Shown: positions 24,629-38,620 of the stretch, in pieces
Layout: each line of letters begins with the position of its first letter
Position numbering within the stretch: position 1 is the first letter of the stretch
Source of the DNA: Azolla caroliniana
Lineage: Eukaryota; Plantae; Polypodiophyta
DNA length: 64,000 nucleotides
Direction of reading: 5' to 3'
NCBI GenBank assembly: GCA_043228905.1
Contig: JBHGNT010000011.1
Location: 14,880,001-14,944,000 of the forward strand
The notes under the pieces: generated by a model
What the model saw: only the letters and a program-made list of their open reading frames with translations
The model's database searches: none
What the model was told of the DNA's origin: nothing
Made by a program: the position numbers and the translations under genes

Positions 24629-27600
24629 TGTTGAGAATCAAGCTCAACTTGGTCTAGTGTGTGAACTCACCTTGAGAGTGAATAGACACTCCAACGATCA
24701 AGAGTCACCATTAAGTCACCTCTTTGTATTCTAGCATTTAGTATGAGTCATAGAATCATATTCTATGACACATAACTTATGAGCTTTCACATTCCCCATG
24801 CTCCATGAGCCCTCCATGAGCCTTGTAGTTAATGAAGAGAGAGGGTGACTATATAAAGCACCCTCCTCCCACCTTGTATTGAGTTGAGTCTTTCTCCTTT
24901 GTTAATATACTTTACCTTGCGTATTCTCTGTGTTTCTCTCTCTCTCTCTCTCTCTCTCATACACACACACATAACTCACATCTCTTCCGCCTCACAAGAA
25001 TCCATCACTTGATTCTTTACATGGTATCAGAGCGATTTGGTAGCTCGATCTAGCCCATTCGCCTCATCGTGATCGTGTGTTGTGCTACACGCCGACGACC
25101 AAGAACCGGCTCATCGTTATCGTAGCTTCGCGACATAGCTCGCATTCAAAGAGAGAAGAAGACGAAGAAGAATCGACATAATGAATACTCAAATGGGGAG
25201 TGCTCTCTCTACCGAGAAGTTGGATCGAAACAACTTCGCATCTTGGGAGTACAAGATGCACCAATACCTTGTCAGACAAGGCTATTGGAGCTACATCAAA
25301 GGAGCGCATGAAGACCGACCTGCCGAAGTGGCTCCCAGATACGCGACATGGGAGCAAGCCACAAGCCGTGTGATGTATTGCTTGATGACATGTGTTCACA
25401 ATCACATGCTCGGCTACATTTGCGAAGCCAAGACGCTGAAGGAGGCATGGGAAAATCTACGAAAGATTTTTGCGGCAAACACAACTGCAAGACGACTTTA
25501 ACTCCGCAAAGAGTTGAACAACATTCAACAAAGGGGCATGTCCATTATGACATACACCTCGAAGATCAAGGAGCTTTGCGATTCTCTTGGCTCAATAAGC
25601 GTAAATATCGATGATGATGAGATGGTTCAAATATGCCTCGGCGGACCCAATCAATGCTATTGGTCGTAGAAAATCACGTGTGTACAAGGAGCAATGAGTC
25701 GGAAGGCCACATGCTCTACACGCACTCGAACGGAGGAAGAGGATGCGGATGGTCGAGAGGCCGATTCGGCCAAGGACAAGGCGGACGAGGTCCGACCTAC
25801 GATAACAGCTCCCAATTTCAGTCGCAAAACGGAAGCCAACGAGGAACCTTCGCAAGAAGGGGGAGCTTCCACTTTGGCCCAAACCGTCAAAACACAACCG
25901 AATGCGGATATTGCAGAAAGCTCGGCCACCACGAAGAAGAGTGCCGAAAGAAGATGTGTGAATCGGCTTCCACAAGCCGACAACTCACGAATTACGCGCA
26001 CAACTCCGACTATGAAGATCGTGGCGGAATGTATGCACACAACTCCGACTGTGGCGGAATGTTCATGATGAAACATAGAGCAAACTCTATGCCGGCCTCT
26101 ACCTCAACTAGTGCCTCCGGTCCGGAAGACGTATGGTTTGTCGATTCTAGTGCCTTGAACCATATGACATCGCATCAAGAATGGTTCCAAGAACTTCGAG
26201 AGCCAGAACGACCCGGCTATGTCGAAACCGGAGACGACACTACGCACCCGATTCAGCACATCGGCAATGTTCCGTTCGGAAAAGAAGGTAAGCAAAATTA
26301 CATTAAAAATGTCTTGCATGTACCGACCATTACGAAGAATTTGGTCTCCGTTAGCCAAATTGTAGAGCAAGGGATGCAAGTTCGATTTAATCAAGGTGGT
26401 TGCTTCATCGAAAAAGAGGGCCAACTCATTGCACGCGGACGAAGAGAGGGCCGAATGTTCATTCTCGACTCACATGAGATGAAATCGGCCATGTTCACAA
26501 AGGGCATGAAAGCCGACTCCGACATAGAGTTATGGCACAAGAGGATTGGCCATATAAATCTCCAAAAGCTCAAAGCAATGAAATCGAAAGGAGTCGTCAT
26601 CGGACTCCCAACATTCAAAGAGAAGGAGATTGAAGGTGTATGCGAAGCGTGCCAATTCGGCAAGCAACACCGACACCCATTCTCGAAAGAGCGGAACGTG
26701 AGCAAAGGTCTACTCGACGTAGTCCATTCCGATGTATGGGGACCGGCATAGACGGCTACATTCGGCGGATGCCGATATTACGTGCTCTTCATCGACGACT
26801 TGTCTAGGCACACTTGGATCTACCCGATGCGGCAAAAGAGCGAAGTGTTTGTACACTTCCAAACATTCAAGAATGAAGTCAAGAAAGCCACGGGCCGACA
26901 TGTACGTTGTCTTCGATCGGATGGCGGCAAGGAGTACTTCTCGGACGATTTCAGGTGTATCTCCGAAAGGAAGGAATTCGGGGAGAATTCACTTGCCGAC
27001 ACACTCCGCAACAAAACGGAGTAGCCGAGCACAAAAATCGACACATCCTCGAAGTAGCACGGGCAATGATGAATGAGAAGCATATGCCCAAGTCTTATTG
27101 GGCTGAAGCTGCAAATGCGGCCGTCTACCTAATGAATCGGTGCACAACATCCGGCGTGCACGAGGTCACTCCGCACGAAAGATTCTTCGGAAAGAAGCCG
27201 AACCTATCACATGTTCGGATATTCGGATCCATTGCGTACGTGCACATCCCCGACGAGAAGCGACAAAAGCTCGACCAGAAGTCAGAGAAATGTATCCTCG
27301 TAGGATACTCACTGGAGCAAAAGGGATACAAGTGCTACAACCCCTCAACTCGAAAATCTCGAGTAAGTCGAGACATCGTCTTTGACAAGTCTGCATCCTG
27401 GTACGCACCAGAGACAACTTCGACTCCGACTCCGCTGGACCCGGAATCCGCCAAACAAGAGATAGAGGATGAAGATCGCCTTACGCGCATGATCGAAGAA
27501 AATCCGATCACGACCCGACTAAGCGGACCACAAGAGCCTTTGAGCGATCAAAGCACATCACGGCCTAGCCCAAAGATGGACAAAGGCAAGGCGAAAATGG

Positions 27601-30021
27601 CAGAATACGCAGACGATCGCTTCGACGACGGTGAGTCGACACACTCACTCAACAATGAGTTTGTCAGTTTCGAGGTACCAATCGAAGCTAAGAAAGCCCT
27701 CATCTTTGCAAATGAAAAGGTTCGCCGATCCACACGTGAAAAGAACCCCGTAAGCCGATTCGGCTACAACGATTATATGGTGTACCATTACGCCTTTATG
27801 ATAAAGGTAGCGACCGTATGGGAGCCGGAAACCTTTTCCAAGCCGCGAAGGACCTGCGATGGATCGAAGCAATGAACGAGGAGATGCAGGCACTACGCAA
27901 GAACGAGATGTGGGATCTCGTTCCCATCTCACCACACAAAAAGGCGATCGAATGCAGATGGATTTACAAAGTGAAGTACAACGCCGACGGCTCCACCAAC
28001 CGCTACAAAGCGCGACTCATAGCGAAAGGATACGCTCAGACGCATGGCGTTGACTACGAAGAGACCTTTGCCCCGGTGGCAAAGATGACGACGGTACGGA
28101 CTGTAATTGCGCTTGCTACGGCGAAAGGGTGGCACCTCCATCAAATGGACGTCAAGAATGTCTTTCTACAAGGCGAATTAGAAGAGGAGGTGTACATGAT
28201 ACAACCACCCGGCTTCAACTCGAGCATCCATCCAAAAGCTGTATGCCAACTCAAGAAGCCACTCTACGGCCTCAAGCAAGCACCGCATGCTTGGCATTCG
28301 AAGATAACGCAATATCTTCATCAAATTTGCTTCCGTATGTCAAAATCGGACAACTCCCTCTACATACGAAGCGATTCCACAAGTCCGATCGTCATCCTCT
28401 TATATGTGGATGACCTAGTCATTGGAGGTGAGCATCTTGTCGAAATCAATAAGGTCAAATCCCTCCTTTCCGACAAGTTTGAGATGACGGACATGAAGGA
28501 GCTCCACTTCTTCCTCGGCATCGAGGTAATTCGGACTCCGGCTGGAATCATGATCTCTCAACGGCACTACATCCTCAACTTGTTATACAAGTTCGGTATG
28601 GCTGAGTGCAAATCCACGGCAACCCCGCTCGATCGCAATCTCAAACTAGATGCGAACTCCGGCACCAAAGCGTGTGAGCCGACTTAGTATCGGCAAATCA
28701 TCGGGAGTCTCATCTATCTCACGATCACTCGACCCGATCTCAGTTATCCGGTCGGTCTCCTTAGCCAATTCATGCAAACACCGTGTGATGCTCACTTGGA
28801 TTGCGCTAAGCAAGTTCTACGATACGTGAGTGGCACAATGGACCGCGGCATCCTCTACAAGACCGCGATGCCAATACGACTCGAGGGGTACACAGACGCC
28901 GATTGGGCTGGCTACAAAGCTGATAGAAGATCAACCTCCGGATTCGTTTTCTCCCTCGGTAGTGGAGTAATATCCCGGAGTAGCAAAAAGCAACCGACCG
29001 TTGCTCTTTCGAGCACAGAGGCGGAATATAGGGGCGCAGCCGTAGCTGCATGTGAAGCCGTATGGCTCAAGAGGATTTTGAAGGATCGGGGCGTACCCAT
29101 CAAGGATCTGACTCCCCTTTACTGTGACAACATGAGAAGTATCTATTTGGCTTGGAACCCGGTGTTCCATGTGCGGACAAAGCAAATCGAAGTGCACTAT
29201 CACTTCATCCGAGAGCGTGTTCTAGCTGGCGATGTCGACCTACAACACATTAGCACCAATCTTCAAACGGCCGACATCTTCACTAAAGCATTAGGGGCCG
29301 ACAAGCTATGGCAATTCATGACCGATCTCGGCTTGACGATCCCTGACCTGCCAATCTTGAGGGGGAGTACTAAAGACACTACGCAATAACGCGTGGATTA
29401 CGCAACCGCGCAACGAAGCCGCGAAGAGCCGATCTACCGCACAAAGCCGCGAAGAAAGACGCAAGCCGACGCATAGACTTTGCAACTACGCACAACGCAA
29501 GCTAGAGCACAGATTCTGCAACTCTGCATAAATGTGAGTCGACGCGGACTCCGGAACGTGAGGCGAAGCGGATTTCGGATACCGTCTGAAACCGACCCGA
29601 CTTGAGCTTGAGGGGGCGTGTTGAGAATCAAGCTCAACTTGGTCTAGTGTGTGAACTCACCTTGAGAGTGAATAGACACTCCAACGGTCAAGAGTCACCA
29701 TTAAGTCACCTCTTTGTATTCTAGCATTTAGTATGAGTCATAGAATCATATTCTATGACACATAACTTATGAGCTTTCACATTCCCCATGCTCCATGAGC
29801 CCTCCATGAGCCTTGTAGTTAATGAAGAGAGAGGGTGACTATATAAAGCACCCTCCTCCCACCTTGTATTGAGTTGAGTCTTTCTCCTTTGTTAATATAC
29901 TTTACCTTGCGTATTCTCTGTGTTTCTCTCACTCTCTCACTCTCTCTCTCTCTCTCATACACACACACACATAACTCACATCTCTTCCGCCTCACAAGAA
30001 TCCATCTCTTGATTCTTTACA
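24629..30021 (+). mobile_element. Full-length Ty1/Copia element, recently inserted but inactivated
   Basis: LTRs 24629-25021 and 29619-30021 nearly identical; TSD GTATA; PBS TGGTATCAGAGC (iMet); PPT GAGGGGGCG. Confidence 0.97.
25181..29389 (+). pseudogene. Copia gag-PR-IN-RT-RH polyprotein with premature stops and frameshifts
   Basis: EKLDRNNFASW, CGYC..GH..EEC, WFVDSSA, WHKRIGH..CEAC, HSDVWGP, TPQQNGVAE, YKARL, LYVDDL, ADIFTKAL; stops end at 25501, 26751 and 28687. Confidence 0.95.
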
Positions 30022-30878
30022 GTATACTTACAACATACATTGGATATATACATGCATATTACATACATATTACAAACATACATCCATATATGACCCATAT
30101 ACATACTAAACATGAAAATATCCCAAAAATATACATACATAAATACACATTCATATATTTACATACATATGACCACATACACACATATATACATACACAT
30201 ACATACATTGGATATATACATACATATTATGCACATATTACAAACACATTCATACTCATTGAATGATGTATATTGACATATACATATATGCATACACATA
30301 CATACATTACATATGTACATACATGTTCCACATATCACCATATATATACGTACATATGCTTGCAATGTTATAAGTTTTACAAACAGACATCCATACACAT
30401 AAATACATTACATACACATGCATACATACATTACATATGTACATATATATCATCACCAAGTACAATAAATACATATATAAATACACATACATAAATATTA
30501 CGAATAAACATCCACACACTCATGTACGCATATATGCAACCACTGTTACACATACATACATTACATATTGTCATGTGTCGGGACCGAACCATGTGGGTTC
30601 GGTCCCAAGTCGAACGATGACAAATCAAGAAGTGTTAGAGTTAGTTAGAGGTCGAATCAAGAATGTAATTAGATGAACATGAATGTATAAATAGAGTGAA
30701 TGATGAATGGAAATGGAGGAGTATTTGGTTCTAATCTGTGTACATTACATTGGTGGAGATGACGGGCTAATTCACAAAAGGTCGCCGCTGTAGTAGAAAA
30801 GAGATCTGGATCAAGTCACTGCCACAGCAAAACAGTGAGCCCAAATCACACAATAGTGCAACAAATCTGCGCACAGAG

Positions 30879-31856
30879 ATGCCGAAATCAGAGTTTGATA
30901 GCAGCATGAGTATGCAGCCGGAGTTCGTGGAACAACATTCATCAAGTCCTGCAAATGATCAAATGTTTCAAGCCATAACTACCATGATGATGCAGGTAAA
31001 TCATACAAATCAAACACTCATGAATTGGTTAACTAATCAGTCACAGTTAACAACCAAGCCTGAGAAACAAAAAGATTCAAGAATCCGCCCGCGATCTTTC
31101 TCTGGACTTCCAACAGAAGACATTCTGGCCTGGTTGGATCATTTCGAGAATGTTGCAGGCTACCATGAGTGGGATGACGGCCGAAAAGCACTCGAGCTCC
31201 GCACAGTTCTAGAGCATGTGGCTGCGACCTGGTTCATCCAGCAGCCTGAAGAGATAAAACGTGATTGGCCATACCTGCGCGAGCAGTTAATACAGCAATT
31301 CGCCAACAACGATGTCACTCAAACAGCATTGCAACAATTAGACACTCTACGACAACAACCACTTGAACCAGTGGCACAATTTGCCGTCAAGTTAAAGCAA
31401 CTATTGTTAAGGGTAGATCCACATATGAAAGAAACTATGAAACTCTATTTCTTGCTACCTCGACTACGCCATGATATAGCCAGACGGGTGAAAGATCAAG
31501 GTCCAACAACATTTCAGATGGCGATACAGATTGCGCAACGCATAGAGTCTCCAGGCTACATCGAATTACAGCATGCACCTACACAGTCACAACAAATTAG
31601 TCAGAAAGTTCCAATGGAAACCACAGTAACTCCGATGGAGATTGATGTGCAAAATGCTCAATTTAATACAAGAAAGCACTTATCGGATCGTGACAGCCAA
31701 GGAAGACCACGATGTTTCTATTGCAACTCGTATGGGCATGTAAAGAAACATTGCAGAAAATTTGCAGCATCCAAGCATCATCAAAATGTGCAGATACATC
31801 TGGCAGATTCAACTTCACTCGCCGAAGTACCGGGAAACGGCAATGCGGGATGTTGA
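30879..31856 (+). CDS. gag: Gag (Ty3-type capsid and CCHC knuckle CFYCNSYGHVKKHC)
   Basis: Uninterrupted 325-aa ORF; PRSFSG..WL..FE, PMEID motifs. Confidence 0.93.
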   Translation: MPKSEFDSSMSMQPEFVEQHSSSPANDQMFQAITTMMMQVNHTNQTLMNWLTNQSQLTTKPEKQKDSRIRPRSFSGLPTEDILAWLDHFENVAGYHEWDDGRKALELRTVLEHVAATWFIQQPEEIKRDWPYLREQLIQQFANNDVTQTALQQLDTLRQQPLEPVAQFAVKLKQLLLRVDPHMKETMKLYFLLPRLRHDIARRVKDQGPTTFQMAIQIAQRIESPGYIELQHAPTQSQQISQKVPMETTVTPMEIDVQNAQFNTRKHLSDRDSQGRPRCFYCNSYGHVKKHCRKFAASKHHQNVQIHLADSTSLAEVPGNGNAGC

Positions 31857-34800
31857 AGGAAGAGCAACTACCGCACTTTCAGGCCGCTACCTCTTCCACT
31901 CGCATAGTTTGTTCCACAATGGCACGCATTCATAACCAACCCTATGAAGCATTATTAGATTCAGGGAGTACAATTTCATCAATTAGTTTAGATTTAGTAC
32001 ATTCATTGCACTTACCCACATCTAGTGCACCCCCTATTAATGTCATTTTTGGAGATAAACAAAAACTTTATCAGTCATCAATGCATGCACACTGCACATT
32101 CATACTAGCACAACACACATTCATGCATTCATTCTATGTACTACCAAGACAGCTTTTTTCTTTAACATTAGGATGTGATTGGTTTGTGAAACATGGCGCT
32201 CAACTGCATTTTGACACACAAAGGTTAGTCCTACCTCATAATAAACCATTCACCACGATCCCTTTACTTAGTGCACCGCATGTGAGTACACAGGTCATCC
32301 ATACACAGATCCATGTCGAGCCATCAGAGTCGCGTCTAGTAGACCTACGACACTTACTCAAGTCGTTTCCATCAATTTTCTGTAAAACTCAAAAAACAGC
32401 ACAAGTAAATCTACCAGTTCAACATGCCATTCCGACAACCGATGCTCCTCCAGTTCGGATGGCAACGCGACGGCGGTCCCCTCTTGATCACCAAAGGATC
32501 GCCACAGCAATCCAAGATATGCTGGAAAAAGATATTATTGAGCCATCAACAAGTGAGTGGGTATCAGAACCACATTTAGTTCGCAAAGAAGATGGATCAT
32601 TCCGATTTTGCATCGATTTCAGGCAGCTAAATAAAGTGACGAAACATGACAGGTACCCACTTCCGAGGATCGACGACTTACTAGACCAATTAGGACATTC
32701 CAGGTATTTCACATCCTTGGACCTAGCTTCTGGCTACTGGCAGATTCCCCTACACAAAGAAGACAAACATAAAACAGCATTTCGAACACAACACGGACTG
32801 TATCAGTTCAAGCGCATGCCATTTGGATTATCAGATGCTGGTAGCACATTTCAGAGGATGGCAAATAATATTTTCCAAGACTTGATTTTTCAAGGTGTTG
32901 TTTTGGTCTATCTAGATGACATATTGATTCACACAGATAGCTGGCCAAAACACATTCAGATCTTACGTGAAGTTCTCCTCCGTGTTCAAAAATACAACCT
33001 GCAATTGCAATTCAAGAAATGCAAGTGGGGTGCAACAACACTACGATTTTTAGGGTTCATGATCTCAGAAAAAGGAATACAACTAGATCCCGCAAAGACA
33101 CGAGCTGTCGCGGAATATCCGAAGCCATCCAACATAAAGTCCCTACAGAGTTTCCTAGGATTAGTGAATTTTTCACTAAGGTTTGTTCCCCATCTAGCAA
33201 CAATTACAAATCCCTTACGGAAACTATTAAAGAAGGATCAACCATACCAGTGGACCGAGGAGTGTGAGAAAAGTTTTCAGACAATCAAACAATTGATTAC
33301 CTCAGCAGCAACATTAGCATTCCCTGATTTTAGCAAGATTTTCCACCTACAGACAGATGCTTCAAATTTTGGAATTGGAGCAGTCCTTTTGCAACAAGAT
33401 GACAGTGATAGTTGGCGCCCAATTGCTTACATAAGCCGCGCACTAACAAAATCAGAGCAAAATTATTCAACAACTGAAAAAGAGTTTTTAGCCGTAGTAT
33501 GGTCATTTCAGAAATTCCATCCATACCTACATGGCACAATGGTGCAGGTGGAGACGGATCATCAACCATTGATATCCCTAATTCAGAAAACACATCCACC
33601 AGGGAGACTACTTCGGTGGGCTCTGGCTTTGCAAGAATACAAATTCACTATGATCTATAGACGTGGCCAATCCAATGTCGTGGCAGACGCCCTCTCACGG
33701 ATGGAATATCAAGCTGCTCAAGTAAGTGCGACTGATCTTCCTCTACATCAACATCAAATAAAACAGATGCAACAACAGGATCCCACAATAAAAAAAATTA
33801 TCTTACAAATTCAGGCAAGTCATGATGCACATTTACACCGAAATTTTATCATGATTGACAATATTCTATATTATGTAAGTCAGGGATGTCCACCACGATT
33901 GTATGTCCCCGAAGCATTGCGACCGACATACCTTGATTTCTATCACAGCCACCAACTATCTGGTCATTTCGGTTTCCATAAGCTTCTCCATCGAATACGC
34001 TCCATGTACTATTGGCCGAAGTTGCGACAATCCATATCAGTGTTCCTCCAATCATGTCCCACGTGTCAGGCTGTGAAGAATCCACACTCCACAAGCGGAT
34101 CGCTGACACCAATCACTGTAAAAGAACCCTTTGAGATGGTCGGTTGGGACCTCATGGGGCCATTCCCAGTTTCGCTTCAGGGCAACAGATACATACTAGT
34201 GATCACGGAATACCTCACTCGTTGGTGTGAGGCCGTTGCTCTACCTGATGCAACGGCAAATACAATGGCGAGGGCGCTCCTACAACGCATTATTTTTCCC
34301 CACGGGTGTCCACAAAAACTCCTTTCCGATCAGGGATCTCAATTTCGAAGTGAAGTTCTCAAAGTACTTGCACAAAGTTTGGGGATCAAGCAATTATTTA
34401 CATCACCATACCATCCCCAAACTAACGGGCTCACAGAAAGGATGAACAAAACTATAAAACAAGTGATAACGGCTTATGTTGATCCATTGCACCAGTCATG
34501 GGATCAGGTGCTTCCATTTGCGGTACATGCTTACAACACTTCGGTCCAAGAATCAACTCGGGTGAGTCCATTCCGAGCATTGTATGGCAGGGATCCACGA
34601 CTTCCACCAGACCCACAAGTCATCAAGATACACACCAATCACACGGATGCAACATCATGGTGGTTACATTTACAATCCAACATTCCTCTCCTTCGACGGG
34701 CACTTCAATACAACCTGACTAAGGCACAAGCACGCCAGAAGAAACATTTTGATGCCACACATCAGCCAGGAGAATTGGAAAAAGGGGACCAAGTGAGGGT

Positions 34801-35152
34801 TTATTACCCTATTCGCCGCAAAGGATTGTGCGAGTCTTTTATGCATCGTTGGCTCGGTCCTTATCAGGTCACACACCGCATCAGGACTAATACCTATCGA
34901 CTACGGAGAATAGATACAGCATCCCAAACTGTTGCACACATTTCAAGGATTAAAAAGATACCTGGATCAAGTATGCCGACCACCCTTCCACCGGTCGTAG
35001 GTAGCGAAGCAGCACAGTCCTCGGTCTCTCCCAGTTCGGTGAGCCACGAAATCGCAACACAACAGGAGCAAAACGAGTCGAATGAGGCGGAAACACCGTC
35101 AGACGAAACAGACGGAAGGGGAGAAGCAGCATCAGACACAGACCACGCATAG
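31832..35152 (+). CDS. pol: Pol (PR LLDSGS, RT YLDD, RNase H TDAS, integrase HHCC/DDE/GPY), expressed by -1 frameshift
   Basis: Uninterrupted ORF 31712..35152 in the -1 frame relative to gag; slippery G GGA AAC at 31832-31838. Confidence 0.95.
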   Translation, partial: GKRQCGMLKEEQLPHFQAATSSTRIVCSTMARIHNQPYEALLDSGSTISSISLDLVHSLHLPTSSAPPINVIFGDKQKLYQSSMHAHCTFILAQHTFMHSFYVLPRQLFSLTLGCDWFVKHGAQLHFDTQRLVLPHNKPFTTIPLLSAPHVSTQVIHTQIHVEPSESRLVDLRHLLKSFPSIFCKTQKTAQVNLPVQHAIPTTDAPPVRMATRRRSPLDHQRIATAIQDMLEKDIIEPSTSEWVSEPHLVRKEDGSFRFCIDFRQLNKVTKHDRYPLPRIDDLLDQLGHSRYFTSLDLASGYWQIPLHKEDKHKTAFRTQHGLYQFKRMPFGLSDAGSTFQRMANNIFQDLIFQGVVLVYLDDILIHTDSWPKHIQILREVLLRVQKYNLQLQFKKCKWGATTLRFLGFMISEKGIQLDPAKTRAVAEYPKPSNIKSLQSFLGLVNFSLRFVPHLATITNPLRKLLKKDQPYQWTEECEKSFQTIKQLITSAATLAFPDFSKIFHLQTDASNFGIGAVLLQQDDSDSWRPIAYISRALTKSEQNYSTTEKEFLAVVWSFQKFHPYLHGTMVQVETDHQPLISLIQKTHPPGRLLRWALALQEYKFTMIYRRGQSNVVADALSRMEYQAAQVSATDLPLHQHQIKQMQQQDPTIKKIILQIQASHDAHLHRNFIMIDNILYYVSQGCPPRLYVPEALRPTYLDFYHSHQLSGHFGFHKLLHRIRSMYYWPKLRQSISVFLQSCPTCQAVKNPHSTSGSLTPITVKEPFEMVGWDLMGPFPVSLQGNRYILVITEYLTRWCEAVALPDATANTMARALLQRIIFPHGCPQKLLSDQGSQFRSEVLKVLAQSLGIKQLFTSPYHPQTNGLTERMNKTIKQVITAYVDPLHQSWDQVLPFAVHAYNTSVQESTRVSPFRALYGRDPRLPPDPQVIKIHTNHTDATSWWLHLQSNIPLLRRALQYNLTKAQARQKKHFDATHQPGELEKGDQVRVYYPIRRKGLCESFMHRWLGPYQVTHRIRTNTYRLRRIDTASQTVAHISRIKKIPGSSMPTTLPPVVGSEAAQSSVSPSSVSHEIATQQEQNESNEAETPSDETDGRGEAASDTDHA

Positions 35153-35466
35153 TGGTAGATTTGATTTTTCCTTTTGTGAAAAAGGGGAAAAGTCAAAAAA
35201 GCTCATTTTTAGGTGTCTCAACTTTGTGGTCCTCTGAGTGGGAAAGGTCCTAAGAGCTTGGCCTTCAATTTCTTAAAGGGGGAGGTGTCATGTGTCGGGA
35301 CCGAACCATGTGGGTTCGGTCCCAAGTCGAACGAAGACAAATCAAGAAGTGTTAGAGTTAGTTAGAGGTCGAATCAAGAATGTAATTAGATGAACATGAA
35401 TGTATAAATAGAGTGAATGATGAATGGAAATGGAGGAGTATTTGGTTCTAATATGTGTACATTACA

Positions 35467-35818
35467 ATATATACATATATACATATATACATATATGTAC
35501 ATTCATGCATGAACATACATACATTGCATATGCATATATTACAATTGCATATACATACATGTACATTGACATATGCATGTACAATTGAATCATGTACATT
35601 GACATATGCATATACATACATACATTACATATGCATACACATATGACATATGTACATTCATACATGGACATACCTATATTCATTTATACATTAGATATAT
35701 ATGTACATAAATATTATGCACATATTACAATCACACATCCATACACATTGAATCATGTACATTGTCATATGGATATATGCATACAAATACATACATGCAT
35801 CCATACACATACACACAT

Positions 35819-35875
<57 letters not shown>

Positions 35876-37548
35876 TACATACATACATACATACTATGCA
35901 TACATACATGACATATGCATATATGCATACACATATATTAGATACACACACACATACGTATATATATATATATTACACATAAACATACATACATATTACA
36001 AACAAACATCCACACACACACATATATGCACATATGCATTCACATAAAAATATACATACATTACATATTCATACACATATGTGCATTCATACATGGACAT
36101 GCATATATTCATTTATACATTGCTACATGTATATACGTATTTATGGTTACAATGATATGTGTATAAATTTTACAAACATACACTCATACACATACATACA
36201 TACATATTCCACATATCAGCATATATGTAGGTCACATGGGGTCATACAAACTAGAATATGTACATATATACATACATATTACGCACATATTACAAACAAA
36301 CATCCACATACATACATTACATATTACATATATACGCATTCTACATTCATACATTACACATGTACATATATTCATTCATACATACATTATTACATACATT
36401 ACATATTACATATTAGATATATACACATATGTATGTATACATATTGTGCACATGCACACCACAATATATATATATTCATTCATACATACATCACATATGT
36501 ACATTATATACATATACATACATACATTGCATATTGCATATACACGTATGTACATTCATACATACATACATTACCTATTACACATTAGATATATACGCAT
36601 ATGTATGTATACATATTGTGCACATGCACACCACAATATATATATTCGTACATACATACATTACATATTGCATATACATGTATGTACATTCATACATAGA
36701 TACATTACATATTACATATTAGATATATACACATATTATGTATGTATACATATATGATATATATATTCATTCATACATACATGCATTACATATTAGATAT
36801 TAGATATATACACATATTATGTATGTATACATATATATATTCATTCATACATACATACATTACATATTACATATTAGATATATACACATATGTATGTATA
36901 CATATATATATGTACATTATATACATATTCATACATAGATGCATTACATATTACATATTAGATATATACATATATGTATGTATACATATATATAGGTACA
37001 TTATATACATATTCATACATAGATGCATTACATATTACATATTAGATATATACACATATGTATGTATACATATATATATGTACATTATATACATATTCAT
37101 ATACATATCCATACATACATTCATGAAAGCATACATATATTCATGCATTCAAATTTCATATATTCATTCATTCATAGATACATACATTCATAGTCAACAT
37201 AACATTGATACATTCACATTTTGAAATTTTGAGTTTTGCTGCCCCATTTTGCCGCTTAATGCTGCCTCCTCTACTCTCTTGGTTTTGCCGCCTTTGTTCT
37301 CCTCTTTGTTGTTGCCTCTATTCTTCTCGTTTTTGTTGCCTCTACTCTCATTGCAACTTCCTTTGTTCTCTTCATATTGACATTGCCGCGTCTGCTCGCC
37401 TCGTTGTGCCACCATTGGTCGCCTCTATCCTCTGTAGTTGCTGCCACAATTACTATTCATAAAACATTTACAGGCATGTAAAAGAATACACACACGGACA
37501 CAACACATACACACATGCAATGCAATACATACATATGCACATATATAG

Positions 37549-37583
<35 letters not shown>

Positions 37584-38305
37584 CACATTCATACAAACAC
37601 ATGCAATATAATACATACATATGCACATGTATAGAACATATACTCACACACACACACACACACACACACATATAACACATACACATATACATATATACAC
37701 ATGCAATACAATACATACATATGCACATATATATAACACACAAACAACACATACACATATACATATATACACATGCAATACAATACATACATATGCACAT
37801 ATATATAACACACAAACAACACATACACATATACATATATACACATGCAATACAATACATACATATGCACATATATATAACACACAAACAACACATACAC
37901 ATATACATATATACACATACATATGCACATGTATAGAACATATACTCTCTCACACACACATATATAACACATAGACATATACATATACATATATACACAT
38001 GCAATACAATACATACATATGCGCATATATATAACACACATACACATATACATATACACACATGCAATACAATACATACATATGGACATATATATAACAC
38101 ATACATACACACATGCAATACAATACATACATATGCAGATGTATAGAACATATACTCACACACACACACACATATAACACATACACATATACATATATAC
38201 ACATGCAATACAATACATACATATGCACATATATATAACACACACAAACAACACATACACACACACACACATGCAATACAATACATACATATGCACATGT
38301 ATAGA

Positions 38306-38360
<55 letters not shown>

Positions 38361-38582
38361 ACACACATTCAATACAATACATACATACACACATACAATA
38401 CAATACAATACATACATATGCACATATATATAACACACACAAACAACACATACATACACACACATGCAATACAATACATGCATATGCACATGTATAGAGC
38501 ATATACTCACACACACATCTAACACATACATACATGCATACACACATTCCATACATACAATACAATACATACATATGCACAT

Positions 38583-38620
<38 letters not shown>

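Larger units (their letters stand above)
30569..35466 (+). mobile_element. Intact young Ty3/Gypsy element with 181-bp LTRs and a tRNA-Ala PBS
   Basis: LTRs 30569-30749 and 35286-35466 (2 differences seen); TSD ATAT; PBS TGGTGGAGATG at 30751; PPT AAAGGGGGAGG. Confidence 0.97.
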
